A DNA stretch of 64,000 nucleotides from Candidatus Poribacteria bacterium (GCA_965205015.1 OZ242029.1:1760001-1824000); one strand, 5' to 3'; positions 38,172-48,202 are shown, counted from the stretch's first letter. Numbers and translations are program-made. Notes: generated by a model not told the origin, from the letters alone.

Positions 38172-39509
38172 TTAGTAGACTTCCAGGTAGTTGTCAATCT
38201 CCCATTCGCTGACGCTCAAATGGTAGTTCCGCCATTCCTTGCGTTTAACCTGAATGTAATAGTCGGCGTACTCCATTCCGAGTGCATTCTTGATGACTTC
38301 ATCTTTGTTGAGGGCCTCTGCTGCTTCGCCAAGTGTTGCGGGGAGCGAACCGATACCGCGCTGCTGCAGTTCGTCCTCCGGCACTTCATAAAGGTTATCC
38401 TCATTTTGCGTGCCTGGATCGATCCGATTCTCGATGCCGTCCAAACCAGCGGCAAGCAGAACCGTCGCCGCAAGGTAAGGATTCGCCGCGCCATCACCTA
38501 ATCGGTTCTCAATCCGTCCAGGAGCAGGAATCCGAATCATTTGTGTTCGATTGTTTGCCCCATAGGTGACGTAAACGGGTGCCCACGATGAACCGGAACG
38601 CGGGGGTCTGCGAACTAAACGTTTGTAACTGTTCACAAGCGGATTCGTAACCGCCGTTACTGCTTTCGCATGTTTGAGAATACCTGCCGTAAACCAGTAA
38701 GCGAGTTGAGACAAACCGTTTCTATCCTTCTCATCCAAGAATAAATTCGTTTGATTTTCCTCATCCCAGAGGCTCATGTGGAAGTGGGCACCGTTTCCCG
38801 TCAAATTGGTAAACGGTTTCGGCATAAACGTTGCCAACAACCCCCGTTCCTCTGCGAGCGTTTTGACCATCCACTTGAAGAAGGTATGCCGATCCGCCGT
38901 CGTAAGGGCATCCGAATAGGTCCAATTCGCCTCGAACTGACACGTTCCATCCTCATGATCGTTTGCGTAAGGTTCCCACTCCAATTCTTGCATGTATTTA
39001 ATCAGGGTGGTCATCATATCAAGATTGCGATGGAGTGCCCTGAGGTCGTAGCACGGTTTATCCAACGTATCAAGTTTGTCCCATGGGGCATAGGAACCCG
39101 TCTCATCCTGTTTTAACAACATGAATTCTGCCTCTATGCCAACGTTGAAGATATAACCTTTTTCACGCGCTTTTTCCAATTGCCGCCGCAGGATGGTTCT
39201 CGGACAGTAGTGCCATGCTTCGCCTTCGACATACATATCTCCTGCAACCCACGCTATGTTTTTCCGCCACGGCACGATTGTCAGCGAGTTAAAGTCGGGG
39301 ATACTTGCCATCTCTGGGTCGTGGGGATATTGCCCGATCTCACCCGCAGCGAAACCACCGAACCCCGCACCCGCTTCTGCCATATCTTCAAGGTGTGTGG
39401 AGGGAATAACCTTTGCCTTCGGGGCACCGCTCATCTCTACGAAAGAGCAGAGAAAAAACTCAATACCGCTTTCTTCAACGAAACGTTTGACCTGATCTGG
39501 ATTCATCAA
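38172..39509 (-). CDS. glnT: GlnT-type glutamate-ammonia ligase (gamma-glutamylmethylamide synthetase-like)
   Basis: GAGFGGFA, NDHED..QFE, FMPKPF..TGNG.H, NSYKRL and NNRTQMIRIP motifs. Confidence 0.8.
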   Translation of the reverse strand: MMNPDQVKRFVEESGIEFFLCSFVEMSGAPKAKVIPSTHLEDMAEAGAGFGGFAAGEIGQYPHDPEMASIPDFNSLTIVPWRKNIAWVAGDMYVEGEAWHYCPRTILRRQLEKAREKGYIFNVGIEAEFMLLKQDETGSYAPWDKLDTLDKPCYDLRALHRNLDMMTTLIKYMQELEWEPYANDHEDGTCQFEANWTYSDALTTADRHTFFKWMVKTLAEERGLLATFMPKPFTNLTGNGAHFHMSLWDEENQTNLFLDEKDRNGLSQLAYWFTAGILKHAKAVTAVTNPLVNSYKRLVRRPPRSGSSWAPVYVTYGANNRTQMIRIPAPGRIENRLGDGAANPYLAATVLLAAGLDGIENRIDPGTQNEDNLYEVPEDELQQRGIGSLPATLGEAAEALNKDEVIKNALGMEYADYYIQVKRKEWRNYHLSVSEWEIDNYLEVY

Positions 39510-39687
39510 AATCTTCTCCGATGGTTCGCACCTCGGACATATAAATGAATTTCCTAAAAGTCTCTTTTATCGAGGTGCAACGCGACCCATATACTTTGTA
39601 TCAAAAATGCTATTCACAAATCGTGAAACATGATAGCATTATAACTGAAGTCGTGAAAAATTCAAGACTGAATCTTTTAACAGTAAT

Positions 39688-39778
39688 AGGACTTACGCAT
39701 TTTTCCATGAAAACCTATATTCTACACACTGCAGGCGGGGTTTGAAACCCCGTCTGCAAAAGGGGCTGCGTAAGTCCT
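39688..39778. mobile_element. MITE-like element with AGGACTTACGCA TIRs
   Basis: Same TIRs and GGTTTGAAACC hairpin as 14402-14494. Confidence 0.65.
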
Positions 39779-39810
39779 GAGTCGGTTTAGGGAACCTGCC
39801 CGTTACCGAA

Positions 39811-41370
39811 ATGGATAGAAGGAAAGCAATGACACTCTTTTCTCGTCTCTACACACTTCTACATAAAAGGGGAGCGCTTTTAATGGGTGCGCTAATTATC
39901 GTCTATCTACTACCGATATGGTTGTTCCCCTATTTTCCAACACAAGATGGCGTGAGTCATGTTTATAACTCGCAAATTTTGACGGAGTATAACAACGCGG
40001 AATATCAGTTTCGCGACTATTACGAGATTAACTGGTACCCTTTTCCGAACTGGCTTTCTCATTTTTCGTTAGCGGTGTTAATGTTCGTCTTCCCGCCTCT
40101 CATTGCTGAGAAAATTTTTCTGAGCCTCTATGTCATCCTGTTCCCGCTTGCAATCCACTATTTTCTCGAGGCTGTCCAACGTGGACGACAGCCGCTCGTA
40201 ATACTCAGTTTCACCTTTATCTACAACTATCTCTTTCTCATGGGGTTCTACAATTTTGCTGTCAGCGTGCCGCTCTTTTTCCTCGCCCTCGGTTACTGGT
40301 GGAAACACAAGGATGAGATGAACAGAACACGAATTATTCTGCTCAACCTGCTTATCGTTATTACCTATTTTGCACACCTCATCTCGTACGCTTTCATCCT
40401 GTTCTCTATAGCCTTGCTGGCACTGTTCCATTTCAAACGGGATCTCAGGCGAATTCTGATGACAGGATGTTATCTGCTACCTGCAGCCGTACTCATCCTT
40501 GTCTATCTCCCTACCTCTGATCTCCTTGCGGGAGCGCCTCCCGAATTTGGAATCGGACGGATCGGAGAGCTGTTCCGTAACCTCATCGGTATGCATGTGC
40601 TTGTTGCCTACGCCGAACCGCCGAATTGGATTTCTGCTGCGGTCTCCGTTCTCTTGCTTTTTCTTGCTGCCGTAACAATCTGGCAAAATAGGAAAGACCC
40701 CGAGGAAGGTCCCGTTGGACAGAGGACGTTTCTCTATCTTGCGGGTATACTGTTTGGACTCTATTTCATTTTGCCAAATTCTATAGGTCCCGGCGGCTGG
40801 GTGAATGACAGGCTCGCTATTTTGGCGGTCCTTGCTATATTTGCATGGTTCCGTGTTCTCGATCCTCTCCCATGGAGACGCGTATTTACAGCGATAGCCG
40901 TCCTACTCGCGCTCCTTAACATCCTCTATGTCGGCATTCTCTTCAAGAATCTTAACGCCGAGATACGCGAGTTTAACGCTTTTGTCCAACAGGTTGGGAA
41001 GAACAAAGTTATCCTTCCGCTTCACTTTGATCCGAGGGGCAGCTCTAAACGCGTGGGTATCTTTGTCAACGCTGCCAATTACTACTGCCTTGACAATGGG
41101 GGCATTAATCTCGGCAACTATGAGATACAGTTCGACTACTTTCCAATCCGATTCAACGCCGATTTTGAGACCCCATTAGACGAGAAGGAATGGGTACAAG
41201 TCGTGCACTGGGAGCCCGAAAGGATTGACCTCTGCGATTATGCTGACAATGTGGATTATCTATTGCTGTGGGACACGCCAGATGAACCTATTGTCGCCGA
41301 GGCGATTGAGGCGTGTTATACCTTGGTGGCATCTGAGGGAAAGTTGAAGTTATTTAAGGGACAGCGGTAA
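39811..41370 (+). CDS. Polytopic membrane protein, GT-C glycosyltransferase-like
   Basis: About 12 TM segments; PTQDGVSH loop after TM1; MGFYNF motif. Confidence 0.65.
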   Translation: MDRRKAMTLFSRLYTLLHKRGALLMGALIIVYLLPIWLFPYFPTQDGVSHVYNSQILTEYNNAEYQFRDYYEINWYPFPNWLSHFSLAVLMFVFPPLIAEKIFLSLYVILFPLAIHYFLEAVQRGRQPLVILSFTFIYNYLFLMGFYNFAVSVPLFFLALGYWWKHKDEMNRTRIILLNLLIVITYFAHLISYAFILFSIALLALFHFKRDLRRILMTGCYLLPAAVLILVYLPTSDLLAGAPPEFGIGRIGELFRNLIGMHVLVAYAEPPNWISAAVSVLLLFLAAVTIWQNRKDPEEGPVGQRTFLYLAGILFGLYFILPNSIGPGGWVNDRLAILAVLAIFAWFRVLDPLPWRRVFTAIAVLLALLNILYVGILFKNLNAEIREFNAFVQQVGKNKVILPLHFDPRGSSKRVGIFVNAANYYCLDNGGINLGNYEIQFDYFPIRFNADFETPLDEKEWVQVVHWEPERIDLCDYADNVDYLLLWDTPDEPIVAEAIEACYTLVASEGKLKLFKGQR

Positions 41371-41394
41371 CGACGGTCTGAACTGGGATACGAC

Positions 41395-42600
41395 TCAATA
41401 CTGACCGCGAAGCGTAACAGTCGCGATGGTATGTGTGTAGTTAAGGAAATCAAGGAATGGATCTACCTCATTTGTACGGTTCTGGGTAACCTGATAATCA
41501 GCGTTGAGTGTTAGATATGGATTAAATCCCCAATTCAACTGCACATTCGCACCTATCTGTGTGTCCCGACGGTCTGGTGCGTTTTCTGGTATATTCCCGA
41601 GTTCATCCGGAATCTGTCTACCTTCAAAATGCACCCAGAGTCTGGAGAAGCGAAGCCGAAGCCATCTTCCCGTCTCAAGTCGATAAAAGGAACTTGCTGC
41701 GACTTCGGTGCTAACGAAGTTAAAGAAATCGGCGTTGGAACGGTTCAGAAATAGGTTAACCTCTTCTTGGAACACGAACCTGTCCATTGCGGCCTGTATC
41801 AGTTTTGCGGAACCTATGTGTCGCCAATCCTTCCGAGGTTTGTCGTCGTCAAGCCCTGTTATCCCTAAGATAAGATTATTCAGATTGGTTTGGTAGCTAC
41901 TCTGCTCTATTCCGTATTCCAGTTTGCCCAAGATCTGTTTAAAAATTCCAAATTGCAACCGTGTCGTTATATGATGGCTGGTAGAACCGACGAGCAGAAA
42001 ATCATCTCTTCGCGAGTCTTCATCGTCAAATCGGTGTAACCGCAGATTATATTCCAAAACGCGCCCAAAACGGAGACCGAATTGCCGTTCGGTGTTATTA
42101 TAGACGTTTGAAGTTCGCACGAGGCGTTGTAGTCGATGTGAGGTGACGAGAGGTGGTAAATTCGCAACGGGTTGGAAACTCACTTCAGTTAAGAATACAT
42201 CGCTAACCGCATTGAATTCGTTGAGTTTTCCGTCAGCACCGGTGTAGTTTTCAACTTGTGGCGCGTATTGCAACTTGAACCTAAGTTTATCGGTTACCGG
42301 TAAATCCCCGACCAGATTAACACCGAAACGGTTAATCATACCTTCAAGTTGTGGATCTTCTTTACCGACGAGCCCACTGGTATAACGGTCGAGGCTGAGA
42401 CCGAATTCAATGTGGTTGTTGAATGTATTAGAAAAGTGGGAGTCAATTGTAAGTGTCGCGGCATCGGTTTCAGGCGTTTCGGGTTCTCTTTCTAACAGGC
42501 TCTGCCCAAATTCAGATTGAAGTTGGGCTTGCACGCTGCTTACACCCAGTTGTATAAAGATGAGGAGGTATGTCACCAAAGAGAAAGCTACTTTTTTCAT
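41395..42600 (-). CDS. Putative outer membrane beta-barrel protein
   Basis: Signal peptide, alternating amphipathic strands, C-terminal aromatic residue (LRGQY). Confidence 0.65.
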   Translation of the reverse strand: MKKVAFSLVTYLLIFIQLGVSSVQAQLQSEFGQSLLEREPETPETDAATLTIDSHFSNTFNNHIEFGLSLDRYTSGLVGKEDPQLEGMINRFGVNLVGDLPVTDKLRFKLQYAPQVENYTGADGKLNEFNAVSDVFLTEVSFQPVANLPPLVTSHRLQRLVRTSNVYNNTERQFGLRFGRVLEYNLRLHRFDDEDSRRDDFLLVGSTSHHITTRLQFGIFKQILGKLEYGIEQSSYQTNLNNLILGITGLDDDKPRKDWRHIGSAKLIQAAMDRFVFQEEVNLFLNRSNADFFNFVSTEVAASSFYRLETGRWLRLRFSRLWVHFEGRQIPDELGNIPENAPDRRDTQIGANVQLNWGFNPYLTLNADYQVTQNRTNEVDPFLDFLNYTHTIATVTLRGQY

Positions 42601-42692
42601 TTTTTATCGGATTCCGGTGTCAAAACCCCTGAATTCATTCGGGGGATGTAGACACCGCCTTCTTGGAAGGGACCAAAACATTCATTTTTCCA

Positions 42693-42722
42693 TTGACGTT
42701 TGGTCCGAAAGTGTGCTATAAT
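42693..42722 (+). promoter_or_regulatory. Strong sigma70 promoter inside the element
   Basis: TTGACG...TGCTATAAT: near-consensus -35 plus extended -10. Confidence 0.75.
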
Positions 42723-42724
42723 AC

Positions 42725-43042
42725 TATTAGAGTGTAAGAGGTTGCTATAGAGGGTTGTTACGCGCCTACAGGGTTAGATTCCTATAGTGTAAAGCTCTAA
42801 TATCTAAAATCCCGCAAGCCGTAGCTTACAGTCGTTAGTAGGGAAAGACGCGTAATGGCGAATCCCGTTTGAAACATACGACTCAAAACTTTTCGTAAGG
42901 ACACTTCGGTGTCGCAGTTGGGATAGCAACTGTTGCAGTAGGACCGAGTAAGACTTTCGTAAGAAAGCAACGGTCGTTGATCGCACGAGTGCTTCTGCTT
43001 AACAATTGCAGAAGCCCCCGACTTCAGTCGGGGGTCTATCAC
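42725..43042 (+). ncRNA. Large structured RNA with a 3' TnpB omegaRNA-like domain
   Basis: No plausible ORF; many stems, UUCG and GUAA tetraloops; GTAAGAC...GCAA motif and right-end hairpin typical of IS605 right ends. Confidence 0.65.
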
Positions 43043-43809
43043 TCAATCATTCCGTCCTGCGGACTTGAGGCGGTCGCGTAGAGTTTGCGCGGAATACGTC
43101 CAGCTAAAAACGCCGCTCTACCCGCTTCGACTGCTTTTTTCATTGCCTCCGCCATCAGCACCGGACGATGCGCTTTCGCGACCGCTGTGTTGAGCAGAAC
43201 ACCATCACACCCTAACTCCATTGCTATCGCTGCATCCGATGCCGTCCCAACGCCAGCATCCACGATAAGCGGCACTTGCACAAGATTCCGGATAATCTGG
43301 ATATTATACGGATTGCGGATCCCCATCCCTGAGCCGATCGGGGCACCTAACGGCATCACCGCTGCACAGCCAATATCTTCTAATTTCTTACACGTAATCG
43401 GATCGTCGTTACAATACGGGAGCACGGTAAAGCCGTCTTTGACGAGTGATTCCGCTGCGCTGAGCAGCTGCTCCACATCCGGAAACAGTGTTTCCTCGTC
43501 TCCGATAACCTCGAGTTTGATGAGGGATGTCTCAAGTGCTTCACTGGCGAGGTTCGCTGTTAGAATCGCGTCCTTGGCTGTGAAACAACCGGCGGTGTTT
43601 GGAAGGATGGTCATACCCCGTTCACGGAGAAGCGCGAACAAATTCTCACCCGGTGTATCTGTAAATTTCACGCGACGCATCGACACCGTCGCAATTTCGG
43701 CACCGCTCGCGGCGATGGACTCCGTCATTATATGGAAATTCGGATATCCTGCCGTTCCGATAAGGAGTCTTGATGTATATATTTCGTCAGCAATTTTAAA
43801 TTCTTGCAT
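43039..43809 (-). CDS. thiG: Thiazole synthase
   Basis: [25 protein letters not shown] and [10 protein letters not shown] motifs. Confidence 0.95.
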   Translation of the reverse strand: MQEFKIADEIYTSRLLIGTAGYPNFHIMTESIAASGAEIATVSMRRVKFTDTPGENLFALLRERGMTILPNTAGCFTAKDAILTANLASEALETSLIKLEVIGDEETLFPDVEQLLSAAESLVKDGFTVLPYCNDDPITCKKLEDIGCAAVMPLGAPIGSGMGIRNPYNIQIIRNLVQVPLIVDAGVGTASDAAIAMELGCDGVLLNTAVAKAHRPVLMAEAMKKAVEAGRAAFLAGRIPRKLYATASSPQDGMIE

Positions 43810-44060
43810 TTCTTCTTTTTTATTATTGAGTTTTCCCTAAACTCTATCCGTTGTTCAAAGCAAAGTTCCGTTAAAGACGCTATTTTTTGTAAAGTGCTAC
43901 GCCGACACGCTCGATCTGATCAACCATTTGGTTCTTCATAATCCTTCTGCCGGAGTTTACCTCTAAATAAGGGTTTGAATTAGTATAACACCTTCAAAAC
44001 CTCTTTATCAAGCGTTAAACGAAGGTCCGCATTTCCGAACGGACATGCTTTGCCGGAGTA

Positions 44061-44267
44061 TTATCCACCTTGGACGGCGCGGATAATCTCAACTTCACTA
44101 TTCTCGCGAAGTTCTGTTGCTTGCCACTCCATTTTCGGGATGACTTCCCGATCCACGGCGACGGCGATACCCGACTGTGTTGGATCCATCGCTAAAGCAC
44201 TGAGCAGATCATGGACATTCAAATTCGGACGGACCGCTTTTTCTTCGCCATTAACGCGTATCTTCAT
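44061..44267 (-). CDS. thiS: Sulfur carrier protein
   Basis: 68 aa, MKIRVNGE...AVQGG C-terminal diglycine, located between thiO and thiG. Confidence 0.93.
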   Translation of the reverse strand: MKIRVNGEEKAVRPNLNVHDLLSALAMDPTQSGIAVAVDREVIPKMEWQATELRENSEVEIIRAVQGG

Positions 44268-44279
44268 TTTTGACTCCTG

Positions 44280-45422
44280 TTATACCAAAAATCTGTCCAA
44301 CCGAAACGAGGCAATTGTTTCTGAAGTCTCACCGGTCAGAATCAGTTTGGAGATCTCGTAAGCCGTGATAGGTGTAAGCAAGATGCCGTTGCGATAATGT
44401 CCAGTAGCGTATATCAGATTCTTGATGGGCGTTTCGCCAAGTATCGGTGCGTTGTCTCTGCTACCGGGGCGTAAACCTGTCCATGTTTCCAGAAGTGGGA
44501 GTTCATAAACACCCGGCACCGCTTCCCATGCGCCGCGGAGCAACTCAAACACACCACCGGCGGTTAAACGCGTATCAAATCCCATCTCTTCGCTTGTTGC
44601 ACCCACGAGAAGCCTGCCGTCGGCTCTCGGCACCAGATATACCGAAGTCGGATACCTTGCTCTGACAGTCCGGATAACGTTTTTAACCGTGATACCAGCT
44701 TCCATTTGCAGCGCCAGCATCTGTCCTTTCACAGGGCGCACCGGGGGGCGGATGGGATCTGGAATTCCCTCAATTTGGGCAGATTCACATCCTGCTGACA
44801 GCACGATAACATCTCCGTTTTGTTTCTCTCCATTTCGTGTCTTTACGCCAACCGCGATTCCGTTTTCTATGTGAATGTTTTCGACGGCGCTGTTTTCGTG
44901 CAGCACACCACCATATCTCTGATAGGCGCGTCCAAGTGCTTTCACCATCAGTCGGTTATCAACTTGATGGTCGCTCTCGCAGCGGATCGCCGCCGTCACA
45001 CGCGGTGAAAGCGCAGGTTCTATCTCACGCGCCTCCCGTCCTGTCAACCATGTAACATCCAATCCTAAATCTTGTTGTGCCGTATAGAGATGCTGGAGTT
45101 GATGTGTATCATCAGGTTCCAATCCGACGATGAGGGTGCCTTCCACCCGATACCCGATAGACATCTCGGCATCCGCCTCTAACTCCTGAACCCATTGCGG
45201 GTAGCATGCTAAACTTTGGCATCCCAGTTTCAGCAGGTCGGGTTCTTCGGTATGTGCTTCGGCGAGTGGGGCGAGCATTCCGGCAGCTGCCCAAGAAGCC
45301 GCACGCCCGGCTTCAGCTTGTTCGTGGATAGTGACGGAAGCCTCTGTTTTTGCTAACTGCCATCCGATACCGAGGCCAATCACACCGCCACCGATGATGA
45401 TAACGTTTTTTTTTCCCGACAC
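44280..45422 (-). CDS. thiO: Glycine oxidase
   Basis: GGGVIG, ASWAAAGML, PVKGQ and GHYRNGILL motifs. Confidence 0.92.
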   Translation of the reverse strand: MSGKKNVIIIGGGVIGLGIGWQLAKTEASVTIHEQAEAGRAASWAAAGMLAPLAEAHTEEPDLLKLGCQSLACYPQWVQELEADAEMSIGYRVEGTLIVGLEPDDTHQLQHLYTAQQDLGLDVTWLTGREAREIEPALSPRVTAAIRCESDHQVDNRLMVKALGRAYQRYGGVLHENSAVENIHIENGIAVGVKTRNGEKQNGDVIVLSAGCESAQIEGIPDPIRPPVRPVKGQMLALQMEAGITVKNVIRTVRARYPTSVYLVPRADGRLLVGATSEEMGFDTRLTAGGVFELLRGAWEAVPGVYELPLLETWTGLRPGSRDNAPILGETPIKNLIYATGHYRNGILLTPITAYEISKLILTGETSETIASFRLDRFLV

Positions 45423-45538
45423 AGAAATATCCTTTTTATCTCTGTTGCTGCCTGATAGGTAAAGATTGGAGGGTTAGAAGATCGGAAAGCGTCCACTTTT
45501 CCATGCTTCCGCTTTCAGTATCATAATTTTTTGCGAAC

Positions 45539-46618
45539 CTATAGGGATCCCGTTTTAGATGAGTCCACCGGCATCGCATGCGCTGGAATTTCCACGCCCT
45601 GTTCACTCCAAAATTTGTATGCCCCGCGGTGTAGTGGAATTACAAAGGCTTTCGGTCCATTCTCTATCGTCATGTCTGCTGCGGCTTGGTTGGTTTGCAG
45701 CATCGTCTGATGGCCTTCCGAGGAATAAACATGCTTTAGAAGTTTATAGATAGTTTCCTCGCTCACCGCTTTGTTTGAGATGAGTACTGTTGGCATTAGG
45801 ATAGTGTTCACCGGTTTCACTTTGCCTTCATACGCGCCCTCTGGCAGAGCGCCGGGGAGGTAGAACGGATACTTTTCGTAGAAGCCATACTTTTTCGCAG
45901 GTGCGTCAAGATCGATCATCCGAATAGATTTAATCGCTGTCAACTGGATAACAGCACTGTTCGGCACGCTGACGAGCCACTGGAACCCAGCGACCTGTCC
46001 ATCTTGGAGAGCCTCAGCAGCAGCACTCCCGCCTTTGTAGATCGGCGTAAACTTTCCCCAGATGCCCACCAATTTTGATAGACGTTCTAACGTCTGTGCG
46101 GTCCCGGACCCACTCGCTCCAGAAGCAATTTTTTTCCCAACAATGTCTTCAAACTGATGAATATCACTGTTTGCCAGCGTCGAAAATTGGTCGTAAGCGA
46201 TGAAAAGCAGCGTTACCATACGAATGTTGGTTTTCGGTCCCTCTTCTGCGAAAATTTCTTCACCGTGGTAACCGAGGTAGCTTTCAGCAGCAAAAACAAC
46301 GCCAAGTGCTTCTGGGTCTTCGTTCACACGCCGCGTGTTTTCGACCGAACCTGCGGAAGCATCGACGGATATTTTCACATGTGGTTCCTGGTGGGCCAAA
46401 ACGCGACTCACGCCCCCGGCGAATTGTGAAAAACTACCGCCCATCACGCCACCCAAAATCGACAGCCACTCCTTTTTTGGGGGGACGGCATCACCTGTTT
46501 TCGCCTTTTCACTTGACTGCTTATCGCTACATCCGTGAAGGACAACCAGTGCAGCTAACAGGAGGGATATAGATATATGGCGTAAATTATGATGTGCGTT
46601 TCTGTCCTTTGTAAACAT
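45539..46618 (-). CDS. TAXI-family TRAP transporter solute-binding lipoprotein
   Basis: Lipobox, SAGSVEN, GASGSGT and IPLHRGA motifs. Confidence 0.85.
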   Translation of the reverse strand: MFTKDRNAHHNLRHISISLLLAALVVLHGCSDKQSSEKAKTGDAVPPKKEWLSILGGVMGGSFSQFAGGVSRVLAHQEPHVKISVDASAGSVENTRRVNEDPEALGVVFAAESYLGYHGEEIFAEEGPKTNIRMVTLLFIAYDQFSTLANSDIHQFEDIVGKKIASGASGSGTAQTLERLSKLVGIWGKFTPIYKGGSAAAEALQDGQVAGFQWLVSVPNSAVIQLTAIKSIRMIDLDAPAKKYGFYEKYPFYLPGALPEGAYEGKVKPVNTILMPTVLISNKAVSEETIYKLLKHVYSSEGHQTMLQTNQAAADMTIENGPKAFVIPLHRGAYKFWSEQGVEIPAHAMPVDSSKTGSL

Positions 46619-46930
46619 AAGATTTCCTTTTTCGTTTGTATATTGAAGAGTTGTCGGTTATCAGTCGTCGGTTGTCGGTTAAGAAATTTGATGTAACGAT
46701 CTGTTTTGTCCTGAAATACGCCAAGTTGGGGCTATTTGGACAAAGCACCTCTTTAACTGAAAACTGATAACTATAAGCATACCAGATATTTTCTCGGATT
46801 TCAAGTGCTTTTCTGGCTTGGGTAGAAGCCCAATTTCCCGGAGGCTTAAATTTTCTTGATAAATCTTACGAAGACTGCTAAATTATAGGTGTAAAAGGTA
46901 ACCAAAGGAAAAGAAGGAGGCGAAAAAACG

Positions 46931-48190
46931 GTGAAACGCATCTTTTCATATCTGTTAGTGATGGGATTCAGTCTGTGCTTTATGATTAGCACGGTTGCTG
47001 TTGGTGAGGTTGCTCCAAAGAAACGCATTGCTGTTCTCTATTTTGAGGATCACAGCCGCTTTGATTCTCCTACCGGCTGTGGTTGTGTCCCCACTTTCAT
47101 CGGAAACATATTCAGTACAAAGAAACGATGGGATTTGGAGGCAGGATTTGCCAAAATGCTCAATCGGAAAGTCGTCGAAACGAATGTCTATGAACCCGTC
47201 AGCAAAGACGAACTTCTTGATGCGATGGCACTTATGACGCTCTCACGACAGAACCTCAGAAAGCTGGATCAGGCGCAGCTTGCAACGCTTGCGAAGCATC
47301 TCAATGCAGACGTAATTGTGGCAGGTGATATCCGCAAATTTAATCAGGAACGGTTGCGGGCTAACGCTTCGCGCACGCTGCGGGAAGGTGGACGTGAAGC
47401 GCAGCAAGGACTTGGGAAGGCGAGTCTCCTTGCTCCTGTTATCCTACGAGGGTCCCTACACCGTGCCACCATTAAACTGAACATGAAATTCTACAACGCC
47501 TCCGGTAACCTTTTGGCTGAGCCTCGAATCTCCGCCAGCCGCGACCACCGGTACACCGGCACAAAATTCGCTTCTCTTGAAGCCAGTATGACTGAGGAAG
47601 GAACAAACCTCTCTTTTGGTCAAACAAAGGACACGCAGCGGAAGAATCCACGCCCGATTGTTAAACCGACTGAACTGAATCGGATCCAGTTTGCAAGTGC
47701 CGAATACGACAGAACCCTTTTTGGCGTCGTAACCAATGAGGCGTTGATTAAGGTCGTTTTGGCACTTCGAGACAACGTAGGACCCAACTTCATTACGCCT
47801 TGGGAATCGCAACCTGCAACTGCCGAAAAATCAGGGAAAACCGATGCAAAGACAGCGGATGGACCTGTCAAAGGGCAAATTCTGTATGTTGATGAAGAAA
47901 ATCCGGATATGATCTACGTCAATATTGGTTCCGATAAAGGAATCGCCATCAACCAAGAATTTACTGTCCATACCAAGGGCAAGCCAGTGCGAGATATAGA
48001 TACCGGTGAAATCCTAACATACGTACCGAAGCAGATCGGGACCTTGGCGGTTTCCGAAATTCAGACGGGTAAAGTCTCTATTTTCCGTGTCGTTGAAATA
48101 ACGGAACCCCTGAAAAGAGGTGATGTCGTTAGAGCGGCTGCCCCCGAGCCCCCGGCGTCGGAAACGGAGACACCCGAGAAACAAGAGTAA
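46931..48190 (+). CDS. CsgG/FlgT-like exported protein
   Basis: KKRIAVLYFED...ADVIVAGDIRKF N-terminal domain; C-terminal IYVNIGSDKGI...VRDIDTGEIL...KRGDVV. Confidence 0.65.
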   Translation: MKRIFSYLLVMGFSLCFMISTVAVGEVAPKKRIAVLYFEDHSRFDSPTGCGCVPTFIGNIFSTKKRWDLEAGFAKMLNRKVVETNVYEPVSKDELLDAMALMTLSRQNLRKLDQAQLATLAKHLNADVIVAGDIRKFNQERLRANASRTLREGGREAQQGLGKASLLAPVILRGSLHRATIKLNMKFYNASGNLLAEPRISASRDHRYTGTKFASLEASMTEEGTNLSFGQTKDTQRKNPRPIVKPTELNRIQFASAEYDRTLFGVVTNEALIKVVLALRDNVGPNFITPWESQPATAEKSGKTDAKTADGPVKGQILYVDEENPDMIYVNIGSDKGIAINQEFTVHTKGKPVRDIDTGEILTYVPKQIGTLAVSEIQTGKVSIFRVVEITEPLKRGDVVRAAAPEPPASETETPEKQE

Positions 48191-48202
48191 ATCTTAAAAG
48201 GA

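Larger units (their letters stand above)
42608..43042 (+). mobile_element. Non-autonomous IS200/IS605-family element (no tnpA or tnpB)
   Basis: Left-end hairpin CCCCTGAA-TTCA-TTCGGGGG (42626-42645) preceded by AAAA, with TTAT target at 42604-42607. Right-end hairpin CCCCCGAC-TTCA-GTCGGGGG (43015-43034) preceded by GAAG, and the element ends in TCAC. Confidence 0.8.

Noticed and set aside
42608-43042. IStron (group I intron + IS605) or CRISPR repeat remnant (GTTTGAAAC at 42867)
   Set aside because: The element is antisense to the host operon, no recognisable group I P7 core was found, and the GTTTGAAAC occurs only once in the element.
42797-43042. Short minus-strand ORFs (81 aa and 60 aa) inside the element
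   Set aside because: No RBS or family motif; they are best explained as the antisense of a structured RNA.
43820-44012. Decayed small ORF with its own promoter between thiS and thiG (MKNQMVDQIERVGVALYKK*)
   Set aside because: Too short and interrupted by stops to assign to a family.
45423-45538. TPP riboswitch upstream of thiO-thiS-thiG
   Set aside because: No CTGAGA...ACCTG core is visible; the region consists of degenerate octamer repeats.
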